From Reclinomonas americana ATCC 50394 (lineage: Eukaryota): a stretch of 35,229 bases of DNA. Below are positions 11,301 through 23,819 of this stretch, piece by piece (position 1 is the stretch's first letter; each line of letters opens with the position of its first letter). The notes beneath the pieces are model-generated. The model was not told where the DNA came from and did no database searches. It was given only the letters and a program-made list of their open reading frames with translations. The position numbers and the translations under genes are program-made. Location: NCBI GenBank assembly GCA_048213135.1, contig PS015053.1, forward strand, positions 100,526 through 135,754, given 5' to 3'.

Positions 11301-12970
11301 AGGCACGGAACTGGGCGTCTCGAGGGATTTGCCAAAGGCCAGAACAGAGTCGTCGAGGAAGTCGTATACCATGATGCGGCCGTCCTGGCCGCCGCTGACG
11401 ACGGCGGTGTCTTGCAGGCAGATGGAGAGGACGGCGCCCTGTAAAAAGGGAAAGGGGGTGTAAGGGAAAGGGGGACAAGGGGGAAGGAGGAGGAAGAAGG
11501 GGATGTGGGGTGAAAGGCAAGACGAAGAGGATCATGGAGGAGGACGACATGGAGAGGAGAAGAAGCACTCTGCCATTCTTTCGCTTCTGTTTGCTCTGTC
11601 TCTCATGCATCTGCGTCACTCGACTTATTTGTTTCGCGCTCTCTCTCCCTAGAATGTACAGGAGGAAAAAGAGAAGAGCAACAGCAAGAAGAGAGCACAT
11701 CTTCCATCCCTCACTCTCTCCGAGAAGGAAACTATGAACACGATGACGGAGGAAGAGGAACAGACTACAGCCCCATTTCACTCTCGCTCTCTCTCTCTCT
11801 TTTGTAGACGAAGAAGAGGTACGCGAAGAAGGAAGGAGGAAGAGGAAGAAGGAGAAGGAGAGCAAGAACAAGAAGAAGAGAGGAGGAGGAGGAGGAGGAA
11901 GAAGAGGGAGAAGAAGGAGGAGGAGGAGAAGGAGAAGAAGAAGAAGAAGAACACGAAGAACAAGAAAAGGAGGAGGAAGAAGAAGAACAAGAAGAAGAAG
12001 AATGGAGAAGATGAGAAGACAGAAGTCTCTCTCTCCCTTGCTCTCTCTCTCTTGTGAAGAAGAACGAGAAGATGAAACGACGACGGAGGCTGAGACTACA
12101 GCCTCTCACTCTCTCTTGAAGAAGAAGAAGAGGGAAAGGATGAGGGACGAGAGGAGAAGAAGAAGAGGAACACTGTCTCTCTGAGACTACAGCCTCTCAC
12201 TCTCTCTTGAAGAAGAAGAAGAGGGAAAGGATGAGGGACGAGAGGAGAAGAAGAAGAGGAACACTGTCTCTCTTTCTCTCTCTCAAGAAGAAGAACAAGA
12301 ACAAGAAGAACGGAGAGGATGAGAAGACAGCAGTCTCTCTCTCCCTCTCTCTCTCTCTCTTCTGAAGAAGAACGAGAAGATGAAAACGACGACGGAGACC
12401 GAGACTACAGCCTCTCTCTCTCTTGAAGAACAAGAAGAGGGAAAGGGCGAGGGACGAGAAGAGGAGAAGAAGCTCTCTCAAGAAGAAGAAGAAGAACAAC
12501 AACAACAACAAGAACGGAGACGATGAGAAGACAGCAGTCTCTCCCTCCCTCTCCGTCTCTCTCTCTCTCTCTCTCTTCTGAAGAATAACGAGAAGATGAA
12601 ACGATGGCGGAGACTGGGACTGCAGCCTCCCTCCCTCTCTCTCTCTCTCTATCTTGAAGAACAAGAAGANNNNNNNNNNNNNNNNNNNNNNNNNNNNNNN
12701 NNNNNNNNNNNNNNNNNNNNNNNNNNNNNNNNNNNNNNNNNNNNNNNNNNNNNNNNNNNNNNNNNNNNNNNNNNNNNNNNNNNNNNNNNNNNNNNNNNNN
12801 NNNNNNNNNNNNNNNNNNNNNNNNNNNNNNNNNNNNNNNNNNNNNNNNNNNNNNNNNNNNNNNNNNNNNNNNNNNNNNNNNNNNNNNNNNNNNNNATTTC
12901 CCTCGGCTGTTCCACTGGCACACACACGTCGCGACGCGCAAAACGCTTGCGCACTGGCCAGACTCTGAGG
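2316..12970 (-). CDS. VPS41: Vacuolar protein sorting 41 (HOPS subunit), divergent; 5' exon(s) probably in gaps
   Basis: Phase-consistent exons: 12970-12896 (into gap), 11438-11312, 11247-11076, 11013-10919, 10862-10772, 10376-10125, 10069-10018, 9853-9684, 9617-9552, 9494-9341, 7420-7261, 7201-7108, 7044-6774, 5861-5577, 4410-3933, 2640-2557, 2488-2316 (TAG). The N-terminus is WD40-like (CASGTAEGN; GAVLSICLQDTAVVSGGQDGRIMVYDF). It is followed by Vps41-type helical motifs in the expected order: QLPLLEEYLP..VYFRVLETFL..FLGCVTRWPIYY; YLEALEVLLDLRDERAFDYFREH; FLFLARVTRTDPQRSSRYHADLI. Confidence 0.85.
4816..4931. repeat. 60-bp direct tandem duplication in a Vps41 intron
   Basis: AGACAGAGTCAGAGACAAGAGAGATAGATAGAGAGAAAGATAACGTGGCGGAGACA occurs twice with period 60. 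Confidence 0.9.
7467..8670. repeat. (GAA/GAG/CAA)n trinucleotide tract flanking a gap, in a Vps41 intron
   Basis: Seen directly; it is the source of the poly-F/L/K/S pseudo-ORFs. Confidence 0.9.
11760..12669. repeat. Intronic degenerate minisatellite with GAGACTACAGCC-containing units and GAA runs
   Basis: Near-identical ~90-bp copies start at about 12092 and 12183. Related units recur near 11760, 12400 and 12610. Confidence 0.8.
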
Positions 12971-13608
12971 CTGAAAAGAGAGAGAAACAAGAGAGAGAGA
13001 GTGAGTGAGAGAGAGAGAGTGTGTGTGTGAGGGAGAGGGGGAGAGGGAAGGGTGGGGTTGTGAGAGAGAGAGGGAGAGAGAGTGAGTGTGTGTGTATGTG
13101 TGAGAGAGAGAGAGAGAGTGAGAGAGAGAAAGGGTGCGACATGTCTCACAGAGAGACAACAGAGAGCGCACAGTGTGTGAGAGTGTGTGGAGAGGGAGTG
13201 AGAGGGGAGAGTGTGTGAGAGTGAGAGGGAGAGTGTGTGAGTGTGTGTGAGAGTGTGTGTGTCACCTAATACATCTTTCAACTTTGAATGTGTTTGTGTG
13301 TGAGAGTGTGTGGGAGTGTGTGTGTGAGAGAGAGAGTGTGTGTGTTGTGTGTGTGTGTGAGAGAGTGAGTGAGTGAGTGTGTGTGTGAGAGTGTGAGTGT
13401 GTCAACTCATGCATCTCTTATCTATCAATGTGTTTGTGTGAAAGTGTGTGTGTGAGAGAGAGAGAGAGTGAGAGAGAGAGTGAGCGTGTGTGCGTATGTG
13501 TGAGAGTGTGAGTTGACTGCAAACACTCTCACATTCACTCACTCACTCACTCCTTTCTCACACACTCTCTCTCACTCACTGCACTTCTCTCTTATCATCT
13601 CTTGCACT

Positions 13609-13646
<38 letters not shown>

Positions 13647-14390
13647 GTGTGTGTGTNNNNNNNNNNNNNNNNNNNNNNNNNNNNNNNNNNNNNNNNNNNN
13701 NNNNNNNNNNNNNNNNNNNNNNNNNNNNNNNNNNNNNNNNNNNNNNNNNNNNNNNNNNNNNNNNNNNNNNNNNNNNNNNNNNNNNNNNNNNNNNNNNNNN
13801 NNNNNNNNNNNNNNNNNNNNNNNNNNNNNNNNNNNNNNNNNNNNNNNNNNNNNNNNNNNNNNNNNNNNNNNNNNNNNNNNNNNNNNNNNNNNNNNNNNNN
13901 NNNNNNNNNNNNNNNNNNNNNNNNNNNNNNNNNNNNNNNNNNNNNNNNNNNNNNNNNNNNNNNNNNNNNNNNNNNNNNNNNNNNNNNNNNNNNNNNNNNN
14001 NNNNNNNNNNNNNNNNNNNNNNNNNNNNNNNNNNNNNNNNNNNNNNNNNNNNNNNNNNNNNNNNNNNNNNNNNNNNNNNNNNNNNNNNNNNNNNNNNNNN
14101 NNNNNNNNNNNNNNNNNNNNNNNNNNNNNNNNNNNNNNNNNNNNNNNNNNNNNNNNNNNNNNNNNNNNNNNNNNNNNNNNNNNNNNNNNNNNNNNNNNNN
14201 NNNNNNNNNNNNNNNNNNNNNNNNNNNNNNNNNNNNNNNNNNNNNNNNNNNNNNNNNNNNNNNNNNNNNNNNNNNNNNNNNNNNNNNNNNNNNNNNNNNN
14301 NNNNNNNNNNNNNNNNNNNNNNNNNNNNNNNNNNNNNNNNNNNNNNNNNNNNNNNNNNNNNNNNNNNNNNNNNNNNNNNNNNNNNNNNNN

Positions 14391-14790
14391 CACGCAAGAT
14401 GGCGATGCCTTAGTTGCACCTCTCTTGTCTTGTCGCACTGAATCGTATTCGCTCTCACACAGGCATGCATGCAGCATTCTTTCTCTCTGTCTCTCTTCCT
14501 TGCCCTTTCACTGTCTTCCCTCTGCTCTCTCTCCTCTGTCTGCTCTCATTCTGTTCATTCTCTGGTCCCTTCCCTTCTCATTCTCCTCTCTCCCCTTTCC
14601 TCTGCACACAAGAAGGCGATGACTTGTTGCACCTCTCTTTTCTTGTCTCATTGAATCGTATTCTCTGTCACAGAGGCATGCGTGCATGCAGTGTCTCTCT
14701 CCCTTGCCCTTTCGCTGTCTTCCCTCTGCTCTCTCTTCTCTCTATTTCCTCATTCTGTTCATTCTCTGGTCTCTTTCCTTCTCCCTTCGC
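14391..14790. repeat. Two diverged direct copies of a ~200-bp unit upstream of the hydroxylase gene
   Basis: CACxCAAGAxGGCGATG..TTGCACCTCTC..TGAATCGTATTC..AGGCATGC..TTGCCCTTTC.CTGTCTTCCCTCTGCTCTCTCT..TCATTCTGTTCATTCTCTGGTC occurs at 14391 and about 14606. Confidence 0.8.
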
Positions 14791-15109
14791 TTGAGTCGTT
14801 TCCCTCATAGTTCACTCTTCTTTCCCTTCTGTCACTCACTCTCCCTCTCTCTCTCTCTCTCCTTCTCACTCGAGTGCTTCCATTCTCACTGTCTTCTCAG
14901 CTCTTCATTCTCTCCCCGTGTCAATCCCTTGCTTTCTCTGATCCCCTCTCTTCTTTCTCTTCTTACACCCTTCGCATCTCGCTCTGTTTCATTCTCACTT
15001 CCTTGTCACTTTTTCCCGTCCTTTCTCTCTGCATCCACCCACTCCCTCCCCTCTTCACCCTGTTCCCTTCCCCTCTCACTCCCCTTCCCCCTTCACCTTG
15101 CAGCCCACC

Positions 15110-16384
15110 ATGCGCGGAAACCTGCAACGCCGCGCCGGCACCGCCAAGTGGATCGCCGATCCCGACGACGATCTCCACCAATCAACTCCCCCATCTCCCC
15201 CCTCTGCACCCTCTCCACCCTCTCCCTCTTCCACCACCTCCGGCAATCCGACTGCCGAGTTCCGCGACTGGTTCCGCGCGCACGAGATGGGCAACTACTG
15301 GGGCGGCGACTGGCACCTCGCGCTGACCTCGGTGGTGTGCCTGACGGTGGCCGTGGCGTCGCTGGTGTTTGGCGTGCGCTGGGCCACGCTGCGGTGGTGG
15401 GAGGTGTTGACGGTGCCAGTGAGCTTTGTGTATGCAAAGTTACGCACTCGCTCTCTCTCTCTCTCACACACACACGTTTCAGCCTCATCTCACTTATCCT
15501 TCTCCCTTTCCTCGACTTCCCCCTCCTCACAGTGCCATCGAATACTTTGGCCACAAGGGCCCGCTGCACCACCGCGGGGTGGCCGCCTTTGCCTACCGCC
15601 GCCACACGCAAATCCATCACCGCTACTTCAACCACACCAACATGCAGTGCGACTCGTGGGCCCTGGACGCCAAGGCGATTTTGTTCCCGCCGACCATGAC
15701 GCTCTTTTTCGTGGTGCTGGCGATGCCGATGGCGTGGGTAGGTGAGTGGGGCGGAAATGGGGAAGGGGGGAAAAGGAGGGGAAGGGGGAGGGAGGGAGAG
15801 AAGGGGAAAGACTTGCAAAGGGACTGAAGAAGACGAACGAACAGCGAGAAGGCGATTTTGAGCGTGCTCACCACTTCTCCCTCTCACAGTGTCACTGCTG
15901 TTCACGACCAACTGCGCGTTCCTCTGCACGGCCACGTGCATGGTGTACTATGTGAATTAGTTGCGCACGTCCTCGCCCCCTCTTACCCCCATTGATGCTC
16001 ACACCTCGCGGCAGTGAATTCCTCCATCTGGCGTGTCACATGCTGCCGCTGGACAAGCCGCAAACGTCGCTGCCGATGCGCCTGTTGGCCGCCATTGCGC
16101 AGCACCACCGCATCCACCATCACAAGGAGCACGCGCTGCAGGGCAACTGGAACATCACATTCCCGCTCTTTGATTATCTGATGGGGTTGCGTTGGTGGAA
16201 TGATGTGGTGGGTGGTGGTGGTGGTGGCGAGTGGACTCACTGGTTGGTGCGCAGAACCAAGATCGACCCGGCGACGGTGAAGTTGCGGGGGTTTTGTATG
16301 CTCTTGTACTCGACGGTCAGACTCACTCCTGTTCTCTGTCGCAGGCCGGAGCTGAAGCCGACGACGAAGAAGGCGACAAAGTAA
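15110..16384 (+). CDS. Fatty-acid hydroxylase / sterol desaturase superfamily membrane di-metal enzyme, bacterial-type subfamily
   Basis: Exons 15110-15438, 15533-15741, 15890-15959, 16015-16281 and 16345-16384 (TAA). His boxes: EYFGHKGPLH, RRHTQIHHRYF, YYVNYEFLHLACH and QHHRIHH, followed by NWNITFPLFDYLMG. Several hydrophobic TM segments. Confidence 0.88.
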
Positions 16385-17499
16385 ACGCCTGCAGATGCCG
16401 TCCACTGCGCAATGCAAGATGGGGAGAAGGGGAGAGAGGGAGGGGGGGGGGGAGGGGAGAGAGACGCGTAGTGTTGCTAGTAACTACAACACACGACGAC
16501 GACGCGTACGTACGACGTAGTACGACTANNNNNNNNNNNNNNNNNNNNTGCGCGGAGAGGAGAGGAGAGGAGAGGGGGGGGGGGGGAAGGAAAAGAAGAG
16601 GCCAGAGTTTTGCTGATCTAAACATCAACACAGCTGCACGATGATCACCATCTTGAATGAGCACCAGAAACTCAGACGTTCACGGAAAAAAGCGAGAAAA
16701 AGTCGAGATGGCCGATGCTGGCGTTTCTGCAAGAGAAACCACGGCTCGTGATAAGCATGGATTTGACTCTGAATTCCAAAAAAGGAATTGAGATAGCAAG
16801 AGCGGTGTTGGTGTCAGAACACATAAGGAAACCCAACAATGCCAGGCAATGTGCGAGCAAGTCCGGGAAGGAGCTGAGGTGCAGTTGAGTGCACGATGTT
16901 GCTCTATTGACAAGAAGACGAGATGACTGGAGACCGATTTGCGCAAGGTTCTTCATGCTCACGACTCCTGCGGGTAGTGTAATCACAAGCACTACTCTCA
17001 CCTGCACTCACGATCACTGGCCCAAGCCGGTCGTGGATTCTCTTGCAGAAAGGCTTGAGAGCTCTGCAAGCTGGTGCTCATCGCAATCCCGTTGTACTCG
17101 AGCTCGTTACGCAATCTTTTCACGCGCACTCAATCAAATGCATCCTCTGCGCTTCTGTAGACCTGCCAAAGTGAAAACGCGACAAACCTTACACAAAGTC
17201 CGTCGATTGACTCACTCACACATTCACTCACTCACGGAAGAGCGTGGGCTTTGTTGATGGAAGTGGATGCGTCTGCAGGTGAGAGAGAGAGAGAGAGAGA
17301 GAGAGTGAGTGAGAGAGTGTGCCTCTGAGTGTGTGTGTGTGTGTGTTTCTCTCTCTCTGTGTGTGTTGCATGTGGTGTGCATGTGTGTGGCTGTGTGCAA
17401 GGCTGTGCTTGTGTGTATATGTGTGTGAGAGAGAGTGTTTGTGTGCGTTGTTACATTGAGTGAGAGTGTGCCTCTCTTCTCTCTCACACGCACACTGCG

Positions 17500-17564
<65 letters not shown>

Positions 17565-18009
17565 TCTCTGTATGTGTATGTGCGTGTGTGTGTTTTGTTG
17601 ACCATGTCCTCTCCCTCTCTCTTCTCTCTCTCTTCTCTCTCTTTGTGCAGGCGACGCATCAGCTGTGAGCGACGATACAACCATGGTTAGTGCGTGTGTC
17701 TCTGTGCGTGCGTGTGTCTTATGTAACGAGAGAGAATGAGAGAGAAAGAGGAATGAGAGAGACATTCTCTTGCATTCTCACTCGCTCACTGACGCATGAT
17801 GTGAAGGGAAGAAGGGTGCAGTCTTACTCTCACTCTCGCCCTCTCTCTCTCCTTCTCTCACAGACACGCGCTCGCTCATTGCATCCCTGTGTTGTTCTTA
17901 CATTGACTCTCTGTGACACATTCTCTCTCTCTTTCTCACACACGCACACACGCGCACTCATGCATGCAGAAGAAGGGCGACAGGCATTCTCACTCACTCT
18001 CTCCCTCTG

Positions 18010-18040
<31 letters not shown>

Positions 18041-18803
18041 TAGGCACAGAGAAGAAGGGCGTTCTCTCTCCCTCTCTCCCTTTGTCTTTGCCACTCTGAG
18101 ACATTCACATTCTCTCCCTCACTCCTCTCCTTCTCTGTCCTTCTCTCTCACTCTCTTGCTCTCTCTCTCTCTCTCTCTTCTTTCACACAGGCACGCACAG
18201 GCGCAGAGAAGAAGGGCGTTCTCTCTCACACACTCTTCCTCACACACACATTACACACACCCCAGTGCAGAAAAGATGGGCATTCTCACTCACTCTCAAT
18301 CTCTTGCTCTCTCTCTCTGTCACTCAGAGACACTCACATTCTCTTCCTCACTTCTCTCTTTCTCTCTCTCACACACACAACCACAGGCCCAGAGCGACTC
18401 CTCAGAAGAAGAGACTCATTCACTTGCATTCCCTCCTTCACTCTCCCTCATTCGCTGCAAAGTTGCATTCCACACTCACAAAGACACTCATTCTCGCTCT
18501 CTTCGAGTCACACACTCCGGAGTGAGAGAAGCTCGCCTTCGTTGTTGATGACACGCTCGCAGACTTTCATAATGTTCTTCTCTCTTTCATGCAGAGACGT
18601 CCTCATTGCAGCCACATAACAGAGAGAGAGGTGCACACACGCACGTATCCTCACTCCATCCATCCCACTCGCGTTCTGCACTCTCTCTCTCTCGCGCGCA
18701 CACACACACCCTCTCACTTCTCTCCCTCGCCCACGCCTTCGCCCTCTTCCCTCTTCTTCTCTCCCTTTCCCTTCAATCACTCACTCCTCCCTCTCCTTCT
18801 CAG

Positions 18804-21385
18804 AGTGACCCCCAGCCCGCCACGCCCATGCAAGAAGACGACTCTGCTGCGCCCATGCCTGCCTCTTCTTCCGCGCCAGATACCATTGCAAGCGGCGACT
18901 CAATGGGACCTCCGCCGGTCGTCGTGTCTCCACCATCACTTTGTTGCGTAATAGCAATTGCCTTTCGATGGCAGTGCACGCTGTCTGCTTTTACTTTCTC
19001 GTTTTCCCTTCATTATGTGCCTTCACTTGCTGACGTTCACTCAGCCTTCTCATTCGTTCCACTCTCTCTGCTCTCCATCTCCTCGTGATCGCATGCATCG
19101 CAAGCGCTTATCTTCCCTCATATTCAATTTCCCTTTATCTATTCTCGCACGCAGCACGTATTTGCTTGTTGTCGTGTGACTTGCATCCGTGCGTCGCTCT
19201 CTCATACACGTTGATTTTCCGTCCTCTCCCTTTCCCCCTTCCCCCTCACCCACCCTTTCCCCCTTCCCCCTTCCCTCCTTCCCCCTCACCCACCCTTTCC
19301 CCTTCGCNNNNNNNNNNNNNNNNNNNNNNNNNNNNNNNNNNNNNNNNNNNNNNNNNNNNNNNNNNNNNNNNNNNNNNNNNNNNNNNNNNNNNNNNNNNNN
19401 NNNNNNNNNNNNNNNNNNNNNNNNNNNNNNNNNNNNNNNNNNNNNNNNNNNNNNNNNNNNNNNNNNNNNNNNNNNNNNNNNNNNNNNNNNNNNNNNNNNN
19501 NNNNNNNNNNNNNNNNNNNNNNNNNNNNNNNNNNNNNNNNNNNNNNNNNNNNNNNNNNNNNNNNNNNNNNNNNNNNNNNNNNNNNNNNNNNNNNNNNNNN
19601 NNNNNNNNNNNNNNNNNNNNNNNNNNNNNNNNNNNNNNNNNNNNNNNNNNNNNNNNNNNNNNNNNNNNNNNNNNNNNNNNNNNNNNNNNNNNNNNNNNNN
19701 NNNNNNNNNNNNNNNNNNNNNNNNNNNNNNNNNNNNNNNNNNNNNNNNNNNNNNNNNNNNNNNNNNNNNNNNNNNNNNNNNNNNNNNNNNNNNNNNNNNN
19801 NNNNNNNNNNNNNNNNNNNNNNNNNNNNNNNNNNNNNNNNNNNNNNNNNNNNNNNNNNNNNNNNNNNNNNNNNNNNNNNNNNNNNNNNNNNNGGCTTGCT
19901 CTTTTCCGGCGTGTCACCGTCACTCGGCTGCTCCTTTTGCTTTTGCTGCTGTCGCTTGGCGACGGCCGCGGCGGCGGCGGCCACGGCGGCAGCACGGCGC
20001 GCGCTGCGGCGGATTTCGGCGTCGGCGGATGAAGGTGGGGCGGCGGCGGCGGCGGCAACAGAGGGGGAGGGAGAAGGAGAAGAAGAAGAAGAGGACGTCT
20101 CTGTGGTGGTGGCCGCGGTGGAGGAGGGCGAGAGGGGGATGATCGGCACCGTGTCGACGGGGGCGGCATTGCGAGGCGGGCGTCGGCGGGTGGCCAGGCT
20201 GGGGATGTTGAGCACTNNNNNNNNNNNNNNNNNNNNNNNNNNNNNNNNNNNNNNNNNNNNNNNNNNNNNNNNNNNNNNNNNNNNNNNNNNNNNNNNNNNN
20301 NNNNNNNNNNNNNNNNNNNNNNNNNNNNNNNNNNNNNNNNNNNNNNNNNNNNNNNNNNNNNNNNNNNNNNNNNNNNNNNNNNNNNNNNNNNNNNNNNNNN
20401 NNNNNNNNNNNNNNNNNNNNNNNNNNNNNNNNNNNNNNNNNNNNNNNNNNNNNNNNNNNNNNNNNNNNNNNNNNNNNNNNNNNNNNNNNNNNNNNNNNNN
20501 NNNNNNNNNNNNNNNNTGCTGCAGCCGCAGCAACGCCTACTCCGCCACCGCCACCACCTGCTGCTGCTGCCCCCACGATCCGCACAGTGTCGCTGTCGAG
20601 CGCGGCGCTGACGACGGGCGGGCGACGGCAGCCGCCCAAATTGCCGACTAGTGCGACGACCACCACCACCACGCCCACATCCGCACAGCAGCCGCGCTTG
20701 CGTGTCCCGCCACCGCCGCCACCCACACCGGCCAGTCCCGTGCCGCACCCTGCGTCCGCGACGGGAGCAGCAGGACCGTTGCGCCCGCCAGTGGCCCGCC
20801 GCCCATCGTCGCCACCCGTGAAGGTGTGCCGCCTGCTCAACGCCTCGGACTACTACTCGCTGCTGCCGCCTGCGGAGGAGATGCCGCAAGAGGCCGTGCA
20901 GCTGCCGGTGCTGCAGCCGTCGTATCACTTTTTGCCGCAGCACACACCGCGTCCGGGCCAATCGCAGAAGCGATTGACTGCCGCACTCAGCTACGAGTCC
21001 CCGCTTCCACCGCCGGCGCCACCACCACCTGCTGCGGCGGCACCGCACGCGACACGCGCCTCGGCACGCAAGCGACGGCGCGATGCCGAGTCGGACGACG
21101 ATTCGTACCACGACGAGCCGCCAGAGTGGTCGCGGTCGTCGCGCGCCACCTCCACACCCATGACGCCGAGTGCGCGCTCACAGTCGGGCGCTCTTTCGGT
21201 GCCCGACTGGCTCGCCTCGCCCATCCCATCCCTGTCGTCGTCGNNNNNNNNNNNNNNNNNNNNNNNNNNNNNNNNNNNNNNNNNNNNNNNNNNNNNNNNN
21301 NNNNNNNNNNNNNNNNNNNNNNNNNNNNNNNNNNNNNNNNNNNNNNNNNNNNNNNNNNNNNNNNNNNNNNNNNNNNNNNNNNNNN

Positions 21386-21418
<33 letters not shown>

Positions 21419-22181
21419 AAGGGCTTGTCTCTCTCTCTCTCTTGTCTCTGCCTTGCTCTCCTTTTCTCTCGTTCTCTATGCAGGTTGAAAGTGAGCTAAA
21501 TAAAGAGAGAACGAGGTAGAGAGAGAAAAAGAACAAGGGGCTTCGCTCTGCCACTCACTTTCTCTATCTCGCTCTTTCTTGTCCCCCTCTCTCTACCTCG
21601 CTCATTCTCCTTCCCGTCCCTCTCTCTCTCTCTCTCACACACTCACTCACTCTGCTTCGCTCGCTTTCGTTCGTCGTTCTCTTCATGGGTGGAGATTGAG
21701 CCGGGCAGAGAGAAAACGTGGCACAGAGAGATAAAGTGAGAGAGAGAGAGAGAGAGAACAAGGGCTTCCCTCTGCAACCTCTTTCTTCTACCCGGGTGGA
21801 GAATGTGCGATGGAGAAAGAGAATGAAGCAGGGAGAGAGGGTCTCCCTCTGCCTCGTTCTCTCCTCTTGCTCTGCCTATCTCTCTCTCTCTCTCTCTCTC
21901 TCTCTNNNNNNNNNNNNNNNNNNNNNNNNNNNNNNNNNNNNNNNNNNNNNNNNNNNNNNNNNNNNNNNNNNNNNNNNNNNNNNNNNNNNNNNNNNNNNNN
22001 NNNNNNNNNNNNNNNNNNNNNNNNNNNNNNNNNNNNNNNNNNNNNNNNNNNNNNNNNNNNNNNNNNNNNNNNNNNNNNNNNNNNNNNNNNNNNNNNNNNN
22101 NNNNNNNNNNNNNNNNNNNNNNNNNNNNNNNNNNNNNNNNNNNNNNNNNNNNNNNNNNNNNNNNNNNNNNNTCTCTCGTCT

Positions 22182-22227
<46 letters not shown>

Positions 22228-23183
22228 ACCTCTGGTTCTCTTCTCGGGTGGAGGATGAGTGAGAGATAAGAAGAATGATGCTCTGAGAGAGAGAGGTCCT
22301 CCCTCTGCCTCGTTCTCTTCCTCTCTGTCTCTGTCTCTCTTTCTCTGTCTCTCTGTCTCTCTTTCTCTGCCTCGTTCTCTGTCTCTCTGTCTCTTTCTCT
22401 GTTTCTCTGTCTCTCTCGCTCTCTCTTTGTCGCATTACGCATGTCCCTTGAATGCATTCGCATTCCCTGCTATTCCCCGAGTCCCACTCACCCCTCATCT
22501 CGCCTTGCAGCGACGTGCGCTTCAGTGTGGCGGTCGACCGGCACGCAGAGCACGTGGTGGGAGTGATGCCGCCCAAGCCGCCACCGACGGGCGAGGAGGA
22601 GGCGGTGGATTTTGCGGCGTTTAGGACGAGGGGGGAGAGGAGGAAGGATGGGAGGGGGAGGCTAATGACGATGCTGGAGGGTTCGTAATGGGGGAAGGGA
22701 GGGGAAGGGAGGGGAAGGGGAAGGGATAGGGAAAGGAAGGGGATAGAAAGGGGAAGGGAAACGAAGGGGAAAGGATGCGGAAAGGGATAGAAAGGGGAAG
22801 GGATGTGAAAAGAGAAATCGAGTTGGAAGGGTGCAGGGAGGAAAGAGTTGTGTGTGGGAAGGGATGTGGAAAGGGAAATCGAGTTGGAAAGGTGAAGGGA
22901 AGAAAGAGTTGTGTGTGAGAGAGTGAGATGGAATGAGAGATATTGTTGCCAAAGCAGTTTTGCAAGAAGAGGGCGTTGTGAGTTGCTAGTCTGTGCGTCT
23001 TCTTCACGGTCCTGAGAAGTTGCGTACATTGAGCTGGACGTACAGATTTTGTGTGTGCATGTGGCAGGGACAAGAAATGTCACGCCTTGATAATAGGACT
23101 GAAGCGCTGAGGGGCATTGTGTGTGAGGGAGACAGAACATTCGTGCCTCGGGGAGTGATTGGAGTTCTCTTTGATTTTTGTGC

Positions 23184-23214
<31 letters not shown>

Positions 23215-23770
23215 TGGGCGGGAGGAGATGAGAATACGAGTGCTTGACGATGACGATTCCGAGCCTTGTTTGTTGCACTTTTCTCATGCCGTGCTCACTC
23301 TCCTGTCCACAGAAAACATCGTCGCTGGACCCCTCAGTTCCGCACGTGGCTCTATTCGCAAGCCGGAGGAGGTACTGCGTGCTGAGCATGCGGCCCTCAT
23401 GTCGCGAGTGCGCTTTGCCACGCCGCGGTTGTCGTCGACGCTCGGTGTGCGTGATCTGGCGACGTATGTGGCGCTCCATGAAGGTGTGTTTTGGGGGAGA
23501 GGGGAGGCGACAGGAAAGGGTCTGTGTGAAGCAGAGGGCTCTCGCAAGGCATGAGGCTGCCTAACCATCGCTCTCTTTGCCCCATTCTCTTTGCCCTTGT
23601 TTCTCTCTCTATTCTTTCATTTTGTCGCATACTCGCCGTACAATCGCGCAAATATGAGCACCGAGAGATGAGAGAGTAGGACAAGCATTGCCCCTCTGCC
23701 AGTTTACTCTCATGACGCTTGGCTACTCTTGTTTAATCCTGTGTTCGCGTTTCAATATTAGGCTGCCTGG

Positions 23771-23819
<49 letters not shown>

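Noticed and set aside
11760-12669. CRISPR-like repeat-spacer pattern
   Set aside because: The units are degenerate, the intervening sequence is itself repeated low-complexity DNA, the context is a eukaryotic intron, and there are no cas genes.
15951-16020. In-frame TAG/TGA suggesting a variant genetic code or a pseudogene
   Set aside because: These stops are removed by a 55-nt intron (15960-16014) that restores YYVNYEFLH. Other apparent stops are likewise intronic, and the complete genes end in normal TAG/TAA.
19893-20216. Nested antisense gene inside the Sds3-like gene
   Set aside because: It is a small contig between two gaps with the same composition as the host exons, so scaffold mis-orientation is the simpler explanation.
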